Assembly: GCF_006345805.1 (NCBI RefSeq)
Contig: NC_043012.1
Location: 17,422,001 to 17,486,000, forward strand
Length of the DNA: 64,000 bases
From: Octopus sinensis
Taxonomy: Eukaryota
Direction: 5' to 3'
Of this stretch, positions 54,956 through 64,000 are shown piece after piece. A program made the translations under genes and the position numbers. How positions within the stretch are numbered: the stretch's first letter is position 1; every line of letters starts with the position of its first letter. The notes under the pieces were generated by a model. That model did not search any database. It was not told where the DNA came from and saw only the letters and a program-made list of their open reading frames with translations.

Positions 54956-55581
54956 TACGATGTAGTGTATATTTAAACACATAAGGAATCCACTTATAGG
55001 TATTCTACATGCTAGAAGAAACAGCTAGGTTCTATAACCACAAAAATCAGGCATAAAACTCGACAAGAATAAATTTAGAAATGAAAAACATTTACCATCT
55101 AGTTTCCTGGACCAATTGGTTTCTGATCTTATTTTAGCGAGTCAAGGAGAACTCACTAGGTTTGATCTTCCTCAGCAGTTCCAACCTAGGGTTAAACGTA
55201 TACACACGAGACAATCAAAACTACTTGTCTCGTGTTTATACGTCCTAACTTTTTCAAAATTTACTGCGCAGTCGCAGTCCTTCGCTGGCCATAAAAACCG
55301 CCAACTTTTAAAACCGAAAATTATCCAAAAGATTACAGTATTTAATCATATCAAAGGGAAATGGAAATTAATTAAAATTTACATTTCCAGTGGTCTAACG
55401 TGTAAAAATATTTACTCAAAAGACTATATATTAGTTATACGATATAGTGTATATTTAAACACATAAGGAATCCACTTATAGGGATTCTACACGCTAGAAA
55501 GAACAGCTAGGTTCTATAACCACAAAAATTAGGGATAAAATTCGACAGGAATAAATTTAGAAATGAAAAACATTGAATATT
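54956..55581 (-). mobile_element. 626-bp non-coding element with 138-bp terminal direct repeats (period 482), internal hammerhead and 18-bp TSD
   Basis: Repeats 54955-55092 and 55437-55574; flanks TCTAATGAACATGAAACA (54938-54955) and TCTAATGAACATAAAACA (55582-55599). Confidence 0.8.
55106..55178 (-). ncRNA. Type I hammerhead with intact core and extended stem II
   Basis: CTG-CTGAGGA-A-GATC..[TAGTGAGT tctccttg ACTCGCTA]..GATC-A-GAAAC-CAATTG-GTC-CAG; helix III palindrome ACCAATTGGT; stem I only 3 bp. Confidence 0.7.
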
Positions 55582-56251
55582 TCTAATGAACATAAAACAC
55601 GTAGATGCTTACACATAAATACAAATTCACTCCGACTAATACACATAATGGAAGAAATAAAATGCAAGTTGTGGAGGGAGTGTGTTTCTGTTTATATATG
55701 TATATATAAAGACACACACACATACACACACACACACGCACGCACACACACGCACACACTCAAAACACAAACACTTATATATTCAGATATATATATATAA
55801 ATATATGTATATGTCTATATGGGTGAATGTGTGCATATCTACATATATATATATATATATATATGAATACATATTTATATACGTATATTATGTATGTGTA
55901 TACAAGCGTACACACGCATATATAATTGTGCATTTGCATAGGGCCTGTATTAAATATATTAAATATTTGTATATGCGTGTCTTTAAGTGTACACATGCTG
56001 TTTCCCTGGTAATTTAAGCTGTTCGGTCGTAGGTATTTGTAATTTCAGGTACAAAGCATGTCTTCTCATTATGTTGATGTATGTGCGTGACACTCATTCG
56101 AAGCTAGAGATAAAACAGCGAACCCAGTGAAGAGACGTATGTACGTAAACATCATACATAATTCCCCAAAACACGCTACCCATATATATATATACATATG
56201 TATATATATATATATATATATAATATATATATATAATATTATATATATATG

Positions 56252-56302
<51 letters not shown>

Positions 56303-56368
56303 GTATATATATGTATATATATATATGTATATTATATATATATGTGTGTGTATATATAAATATATGTA

Positions 56369-56411
<43 letters not shown>

Positions 56412-56480
56412 TAATATATATATATATATATTTGTACATATATATATATGTTATATATATATATATACACACATATATAC

Positions 56481-56511
<31 letters not shown>

Positions 56512-56778
56512 TATGCCTACATATGTGTGTTTATATGCGTGTGTATCTGTGTATGCGTGTGTGTATTGTTTGCATAAATATGCATATGAAATCATAAAGA
56601 TGCCTTCGAATTGGTTGATTCTTCACAGCAGGAAAGTGCAAATAACTATAATACAAATTCCTACCCGTACATCTCATTAAACGTATGATGTAAATTGCAA
56701 ATTTTAATTGTAACTCAGAATTATGGTTCCACTTAAACGCGAAGAACGACGTTTTAAGCAAGAATGTGGATATTTATC

Positions 56779-56940
56779 ATGGCATCAATGTTGATTACAG
56801 CCTATCTAATTTTGCTGCTGCTTTTGACTGTCACCGCCAACACAACTTGTGTTGGACAGCAGTGTGCTACTAGCAAGCAGATTAATGAAAACAATGAATT
56901 TACTAGGTTTCCACTATTGATTTCTCTTGAGCAAGGTTAA
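56779..56940 (+). CDS. Candidate 53-aa ORF or first exon with signal-peptide-like N-terminus
   Basis: MASMLITAYLILLLLLTVTA-NTTCVGQQCATSKQINENNEFTRFPLLISLEQG*; ATG context ATCATGG; possible phase-1 donor AAG|GTTAAA after 56936; below ORF-track cutoff. Confidence 0.3.
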   Translation: MASMLITAYLILLLLLTVTANTTCVGQQCATSKQINENNEFTRFPLLISLEQG

Positions 56941-57269
56941 AGTTTATGCTAGCATTTCAAGCAGTTAAGTGAAATGTATAGTGATAGATAGTAGGAAATA
57001 CTAATTGCTTTTATTATCATCCTTCATCTGTCCATACGCTAGACGAGTAGGTTTAGTGTCTTCGCAAAAGTTAATTTGGAAACAGACTTCTAAGCGAACA
57101 AAGTAGATTAAGATATAAGTTCGCTCACGCGGCCTCAATAAAGTCGTGGATTGGCTTTCGATACTCACTTGAAACTGTTTCACTTGCTTCATGTTCTTTG
57201 ATAACCTTCCTAAAGATAAAGAAGATCATTTACTTAGAGTAAGAACAAATAAAATAAAACAAAAACAAG

Positions 57270-57992
57270 CTAAAGAGGAAGTTGGCCTCTCTGTTAGTAA
57301 TGCCAGGTCATCAGCATAGTTACTGTTACTGCTTGATGCCGTCTACTTCTTTGCCCATGCAGTTTGAATCCCAGTTCTCTTTCCTTGTCCTCATAGGTTC
57401 TACGCATTACGTAGTCCTGAACGATGGAGAAGAGATAAGTTGCTAGCGTGTCGTCTTGTAATATTCCAGCTTTGACTTTAAAATATTCCGTCTCTCCATC
57501 AGTAGTGGTCACTTTCGCTTACTTATTGCTCTCAGAATTCTTGGTGGAATATCATATACTTTAAGTATCTTCATCACCATTCCTCTAAGTACTGAATCAA
57601 AAGCATTGTCAAAGTCTACATAAATAATGATAGCCTTCCTGTTATGGCTCTTAACTCTCTCTATCGGTCTTCTAAGTGTAACAATGGGAGATGTTGACCA
57701 TCCTGATCTGAATCCATTTTGATTTGGTCGCAATTGTTTGTCTATTTTAAGGCTGTATTCGGTTAAGTATCATCTTGTTGACCATTTTTCCAACAATGGA
57801 AGACAGACTGATCCCTCTGTAATTCCCAGTATCACTTAGGTCTCTAGTTTTGGGCAGTGATAGCATGCCTATCTCAGACCATTGTTCTGGCTTCACATTG
57901 TCATTTAGTAGTTTGTTTGCAAATTCAAACAATGATGTCGTCTAAATCACATATTTTTAGTACATCTGGTGGAATGTTGTTGGGACCAGTTT
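57270..57992 (-). mobile_element. Decayed RTE-type reverse transcriptase fragment
   Basis: PNNIPPDVLK..NYRGISLSSIVGKMVNKMILNRI..QNGFRSG..YVDFDNAFDSV..GILQDDTLATYLF..YADDLALL (~57300-57323). Confidence 0.85.
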
Positions 57993-57995
57993 GCC

Positions 57996-58115
57996 GGTGG
58001 GCGTATGGCGTAGTGGTTAAGAGCGCCGGTTACAAACCCCAAGATGCCGAGTTCGATTCCAAGCAGTGACCTGAACAACAACAACAACAACAACAACAAC
58101 GACGACAACGACGAA

Positions 58116-58148
<33 letters not shown>

Positions 58149-58308
58149 TGATGATGATGATACAATCGAAAAATACCGTAGGAATGAGAACCCAGGTTCG
58201 AAATTTCCCCAAGACACCTAAAGAAGGCTGGAGGGTATTTCAGCCGAAATGTTGTGTCAACAACAATCAAGATGAGGACAAATATCCGTGAAATGTAAAT
58301 AATGTAAT
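57996..58308 (+). mobile_element. Full family H element: tRNA-like head + trinucleotide linker + hammerhead tail
   Basis: A box TGGCGTAGTGG 58006-58016, B box GAGTTCGATTCC 58049-58060, (AAC)n/(GAT)n linker, tail homologous to copies 1-4; this copy's core is mutated (CTAAAGA, GAAAT). Confidence 0.8.
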
Positions 58309-58599
58309 GAACTACTGTGTAGTCAAGTACATTGTCGCGGTGAAGTGCCTGTCTGCTCCATTGACCCGGAGAACTACACTAGAGGGAGAGAAATCTTCAG
58401 GCACGTCTTACCAGGCCTGACAAGTCGAATGGTAGGAGGCAGGGAAAACATTAACGGCAATAATCCGAAGCGTCAGGAGCAGGGCGTGGATTTAGTTATA
58501 GGCAGGACCTAACAGAGCAGATTCCTGGCTTTGAACTAGCAGGATGCCATGCAGAGGCATTTGAATACAAGACAATGGATGAGACCCTAATATTCCCAT

Positions 58600-58690
58600 A
58601 CATATCGAATAGGCAACGTTGTAGCATTGATTGGTCCCCTCATTTCCCAGACCTCACGCCCATGGATGCCTTTTCCTGTTAGGAAATCAG
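58600..58690 (+). mobile_element. Tc1/mariner-superfamily transposase remnant
   Basis: IDWSPHFPDLTPMDAF resembles the WPPRSPDL.P.DF motif. Confidence 0.35.
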
Positions 58691-59640
58691 CACCAGCTTG
58701 GGCCTGTGCTTTATTATGTGTCACAATGTGGATTAAGACTTCGGGAAGGTATTAAGGTTTGGAGAGGATACTCTGAACACCCATTTCTGAAAATAAGAGT
58801 GTGTCTTTTGTTATGGAATAAATGGTAAATGTCAACCTAATTTTGACCCATATTGCAAACATCGTTTGTCAGAAATTTCACTCCAAATTTGAAGCATAAA
58901 CTGAACAAGTCAGTGCGTATGTATGTATGTATTTGTGTATGTATGTATGTATGTATGTATGTATGTATGTATCTATGTATGCATGCATTTATCTATGTAT
59001 GTATGTGCGTGTGTATGTGTTTATGTATGTATATACATATATACTTTGATACTTTGTTAGGTTTCGGCCAGTATTGGCCTACGCCAGGATAACATAATAG
59101 CACCACCTGGCAAAGTCATTCAAATCAGGAATCGCACAACATGGCCCACTCGATGAGAGAGTTATTGTTTATGGAAACATATCCGGGTGTAGGAGGTTTG
59201 TCCGGGATTTAAAAAAAAAATTGGTCCAAAGACTTGTTGAACTTTATGGGGTCTGTTTCTGCTTTAATGTGTTTTGGTGTATATGCATGCACACACATAC
59301 TCATACATTCATTCATTCATACATAATTTTGAGAAATTAGGCTTCTCAAAAGCAGAAAGCTAATTCGAAGACTACAGTTCCAATTCACCGCTGGAACTGT
59401 AAATATCTGTAAAACGTTCCCAAAGTTTATTATTTAAATATATAGGAGCATGCCTAGATAAGCAACTATATGCATGAGAATACATACATGAAACAAAACA
59501 TACAAATCTGCAAACGTACATACATATAAACAAACATACTTTGTTGTTGATGTTGAAATTCCAATGAAGGAGCCTTGGGTCTAGGTTAGAAACCGATTCT
59601 TTGTCTATTTGTAAGAAATCGTGAAATAAAATTCAACATT

Positions 59641-59679
<39 letters not shown>

Positions 59680-60003
59680 ACAAACAAACACACACATACA
59701 CAAACACAAACACTCATCATTGTGTCTGTGGAGAGTCATGCTGTTTTAATGCCTTATTTATTAGCACACTCACCGGTTCGATTTCCACTCGCTTTCTTAT
59801 TCATCTTTTCTAAAATTTCCATTGCTTATTGCAATCTTTTCAATAGTTGTTGAATCTGTCCGATATCGGAACTACGTTCTTCTCATTTGTTTCCGAGCAT
59901 GTGTGTGCGTCAGTGTGCATGTGTATACACATGTATGAATTATGAATGTATGTATGTATGTATGTATGTATGTATGTATGTATGTATGTGTGCATATATA
60001 TAC

Positions 60004-60040
<37 letters not shown>

Positions 60041-60087
60041 TGTGTATATATGTATATATGTTTTCTGCATATTCGTGTGTTTTATTT

Positions 60088-60154
<67 letters not shown>

Positions 60155-60789
60155 GTGTGTGTGTGTGTATCAGCAGGACAGAGCAGTTCAATGGAGGCTG
60201 AACTCAGGCTAAACGACAACACTTATCTACTCCCTTTGATTTAGTTCTGAATGCATTTTAGGTCAGCTCTGCATGAACACTCATATAAAATCGTACATAG
60301 AAAATCTGACGTTTAATAGCAACTCAATATTGTAGTTGAGTCTCTGTAGATACGTAATTCTGCATTTCAGGCCGTACAGCAATAGTTACATTAGGTTATG
60401 TAATAAAGTGTTAATGTTATTGCTATTCCTTGCAATAACTTTGGTATTGTTGTGTAATTATCATTAATTTTGACCCTTTACTTTAGATTCTAATTGCGGT
60501 AGATGTTGTATTTCATCTGCGCCATATATTGGAATAAACTTATTGGAGTATACTCTTCCCTATTGATGCGATGTCCTCCATCCTTGAGCCATATAGCCAT
60601 GGAGAAACTGCCATGCTGCTTTCAAATTACGCATAGGTTTATCGTTCCATGAACGATTAGGTACGCTAGGTTAGTGCTGTAACGGATTAATAGGGCTCCG
60701 AAGTTGTAACCGAGACTACCCCGACATCCGAAACTCGGAGTTTTATATTGGCAACCGAATAATTGTCACATATTATATTTAAAGATATA

Positions 60790-61000
60790 CTCTTTTACTC
60801 TTTTACTTTTTTCAGTCATTTGACTACGGCCATGCTGGAGCACCGCCTTTAGACGAGCAAATCGACCCCGGGACTTATTCTTTGTAAGCCCAGTACTTAT
60901 TTTATCGGTCTTTTTTGCCGAACCGCTAAGTGACGGGGACGTAAACACACCAGCATCGGTTGTCAAGCAATGCTAGAGGGACAAACACAGACACACAAGT

Positions 61001-61033
<33 letters not shown>

Positions 61034-61189
61034 ATATATATATATATACGACTGGCTTCTTTCAGTTTCCGTCTACCAAATCCACTCACAAGGCATTGGT
61101 CGGCCCGGGGCTATAGCAGAAGACACTTGCCCAAGATACCACGCAGTGGGACTGAACCCAGAACCATGTGGTTGGTTAGCAAGCTACTT
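60790..61189 (-). mobile_element. SINE family A, 3' part of an interrupted copy
   Basis: Complete from just before the B box to the tail; 5' part displaced to 63425-63462. Confidence 0.9.
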
Positions 61190-61360
61190 TATTTCAAAAC
61201 ATTTGCCATAAAGGCAGTACACAGATTAAGTTAGCTTTGCGGGCTGGACGAGGACATTAATGAGGTGAATAATAATGAAAGAAAGATGATAAGGATGGGA
61301 GAAGACAGAAAGCGCCCGCCGACTTTTGCTTCTCTAAAACATTGTTCTTTTTAAAAAGAT

Positions 61361-61493
61361 AAACACAAAACGAGGTATTAAACCTCTTACAATTTTTCCA
61401 ATTTTTGGACTTAGCAGTCCATTATTAATACAAAACGAGGTATTAATCCTCTTACAATTTTTCAATTTTTGGACTTAAGTCCATTACTAATAA
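61361..61493. repeat. ~67-bp tandem duplication in the 3' UTR of the ORF1-only element
   Basis: ACAAAACGAGGTATTAA.CCTCTTACAATTTTTC..TTGGACTTA..GTCCATTA occurs twice. Confidence 0.85.
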
Positions 61494-62725
61494 TACATAT
61501 CGTCCTCGAAATAGCTTGTGCCCGCGCCCTCCACCATCAACCACGCCTCCCTCAGAACGTAGTAAAGTTCCGAGTTCGCGTCGCCCGGGACCAAGTTATA
61601 ATCTTCATTGAGCTCCTTTAGCCCTAGCGTCACGTCGAACGCCACGGCCTCCACAGCTACCTGCGGAGGCCATTCGGGGTCCTGTGTGAAGGCTAAAGGT
61701 GCTCCCTTGTAGTGCTCTTCCATCACTTTTTCAATTTCTCCTCCTCTATAGAAGAGGACCAACACACTCAGTTCTTTCGTTGGCGGCACAGTTTCCGCCA
61801 ACGGTATTCCTTCTCTTGTCGGTGGCACAACCCCAACCGACGTAGTTCCGCGACATTCCGGTGCTACACTGACAGCCGGTAATGTCCCGTTTTTCTTCCT
61901 CTTTTTCTTTTTTTTCCCTTTTCAACTGAGGGAGGGTGCGTCTCCTCCGTGGCTGGAAGATTCGCCTTCCTCTCCTCATCCCTATTATCCTTTGGTGAGC
62001 ACCCATTGTTGCTCACCTTCCTCTTTCGGCCTCTGTTTGAGGAGTCCTCTGCTTTCTCGGCCGTTATCGTTCCCTCTTCTAGAGGGGTTTTACCTAACTG
62101 TTCCGGGATCCTATTTTGTTCCCGAGAACAGTTCTTCTTTATGTAGCCGGACTCCAAGCACCGATGACACTTAGGGGGGCGACCCTCAAGCATCACCGGG
62201 TACCTGCACCCGGCCATTTTCAAAAAATCTGGAAGAACCAGATTGGCTGATTGGGTCCACAGGGTCAAAATTGCTTTTGACCCAACCCAAGCAGCCGCAG
62301 GAATAACTTTTACATTGAGGAGCTTAGTTTCACCCAGACCCCGGCGGATAGTCTCCTCTATCCACTCGGGTTCTATGTCGGGTAGCAGTCCGCAGATCCA
62401 AGCTTTCATCAATTTCTTTTTTTTTGTACGTGGGCAGGAATAAGATTTCCTTACCCTCCAAGGGTTTGCTAGCAAATTTGCAAGCCTCTTCAGGGGTGTC
62501 AAATAGCAACCACACCGTTGCATATTTGACACCCCTGGAAAGGAATTTAATTGTTGGCAAATACTCTTCCAACTCCTTTTCAATTGCCGTCTTTTCGAAT
62601 AGGGCGATAGTGTCAAGTGCCTTGGAGTAGGTTCTCAACACCACCGTCCTATCTTCACGGTCTTTTAACCACTTTTTAGGTGGTATGATTTCCCACTCCA
62701 AAATTTTGTTATTTTTCATTGCCAT
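61487..62725 (-). pseudogene. Gag-like ORF1 (~410 codons if joined), two frameshifts in A-runs
   Basis: ORFs 62330..62725, 61864..62616 and 61487..61828 join at A-runs near 62415 and ~61900; RRM-like TVWLLFDTPEEA, zinc knuckle CHRCLESGYIKKNC (His>Tyr), Lys/Arg-rich linker. Confidence 0.8.
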
Positions 62726-63424
62726 GTTTTTTTTTAAATATATTCAAATTAAACTCAAAAGCAGGAAGAAAAAGTTCAAAAGTCCAAATAAAATTTGATA
62801 GATTTTTGAAAAAACAAAAAGGAGAAAGCACAACAGAAAGGAAGAAATTAACGGAAAGTCGCAATAAAGAAAAAAAAAGGGGGGGGGGTGGTTAAATGAA
62901 GTTCAAAAGAAAGTTAATAAACAGAAAAAACACAGCAAAAATATTCTGGCCTTGCGGTACTACCGGCCTGGGTTGAACCTGGAACGCCGCAACTGCAACA
63001 CAACCTCCACAAAAATAGGTCCGAAAGGTAATCCAATAGTGGCTTATTTTTATAATTTTCTTGCGAAGTACTCTGACAAGGGAATAAATTCAACAAACCC
63101 AAACACAGCACTGGCTACCGCCAACGGTAATTTTAACAGTAACTGTATTGAATTCTTAGGATACGCCCCTCCACTGTCTTTTCTTTTTTTTTTCAATGAA
63201 CACAAAAACGGCAGCCGCCGAGAGCAGGCGAAATTGTCTCAGAGTTGGACACAACCTACTGAAATAATAATTGGCACGCAATAAATTATGCCCAACTCAC
63301 AATAAACAAAATCACTTACCTCGACAACTTTCCGTTTTTGGTCTTTTTTCTTTAATTGGACAGAGCTGATTGACTCGCGTCCACTCTGGCTGAACAGGAA
63401 GCAGCTGACTAATTGCGCATGTGC

Positions 63425-63462
63425 GTTAGCAAAGCTACTTACCACACAGCCACTCCTGGGCC
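63425..63462 (-). mobile_element. SINE family A, displaced 5' head (A box)
   Basis: GGCCCAGGAGTGGCTGTGTGGTAAGTAGCTT. Confidence 0.9.
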
Positions 63463-63489
63463 TATAATATATAATAATAATAATAATAA

Positions 63490-63680
63490 TATGCGGGAAT
63501 CATATTCCAAACTTACAGGGAAAAATTCAATTTAGAAATACTAAATCAAATTTTACATATAGCGGATATATAATTGTTAAAGAAGACACCAAACGTCAAG
63601 GCAAGGCATATATCTCAACTTATATACATTATTATTATTGGAAAAAATTCAAAGTCTTACAGCTGTTTCTGGGATATTCC
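63490..63680 (-). mobile_element. Repeat related to the 4.6 kb element, ending in a half hammerhead
   Basis: CCAAACTTACAGGGAAAAA matches ~4611; minus strand TCCC-A-GAAAC-AGCT-GTA-AGAC, CUGANGA half missing. Confidence 0.45.
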
Positions 63681-63706
63681 AGGGTATACACACACACACA
63701 CACGCA

Positions 63707-63769
<63 letters not shown>

Positions 63770-63770
<1 letters not shown>

Positions 63771-63890
63771 CATGCTCACTTAGCCAGCGGGGTGGCGTAA
63801 TTTGAAGGCTAAAACAATGCGAAGCGCATTGTTACCAGCGATGTGTAGCAACATCTGGTAGCCTGGTCGGTCACAGGGATCCCGGTGATA
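63770..63890 (+). mobile_element. SINE family D, tail fragment
   Basis: GCTCACTTAGCCAGCGGGGTGGCG..GGTCGGTCAC. Confidence 0.8.
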
Positions 63891-63911
63891 ATATATATAT
63901 ATATATATATA

Positions 63912-64000
<89 letters not shown>

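Larger units (their letters stand above)
61190..63424 (-). mobile_element. ORF1-only (HAL1-like) non-autonomous L1/Tx1-clade retroelement
   Basis: TSD GTTAGCAAGCTACTT (61175-61189) and GTTAGCAAAGCTACTT (63425-63440); ~700-nt 5' UTR, single ORF, ~300-nt 3' UTR ending GAAATAAA; no endonuclease or RT. Confidence 0.8.

Overview
AT-rich, microsatellite-saturated eukaryotic DNA. The repeat families and simple-repeat density resemble an octopus/coleoid cephalopod genome; this is from recall, not a search. It is probably intronic or intergenic: no host gene can be identified, and most ORF-track entries are translated microsatellites. Recognisable content is mobile DNA: four or more tRNA-derived SINE families, decayed RTE, R4/Dong-like and Tx1/L1-like LINE pieces, mariner remnants and non-autonomous Helitrons. 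Two things stand out. (1) About a dozen minimal type I hammerhead-ribozyme motifs (CUGANGA-stem II-GAAAC-palindromic helix III-GUH), from several unrelated sequence families, with the architecture known from Penelope-like elements. They include an inverted pair forming a ~350 bp palindrome, a TSD-flanked 626 bp element with terminal direct repeats, and a repeat family whose one full copy has a tRNA-like Pol III head fused to a hammerhead-bearing tail. (2) A 2.2 kb ORF1-only (HAL1-like) retroelement inserted with a 15-16 bp target-site duplication between the A and B boxes of a SINE. A few weak exon or small-ORF candidates are listed at low confidence. TE boundaries are approximate unless TSDs or termini are given.
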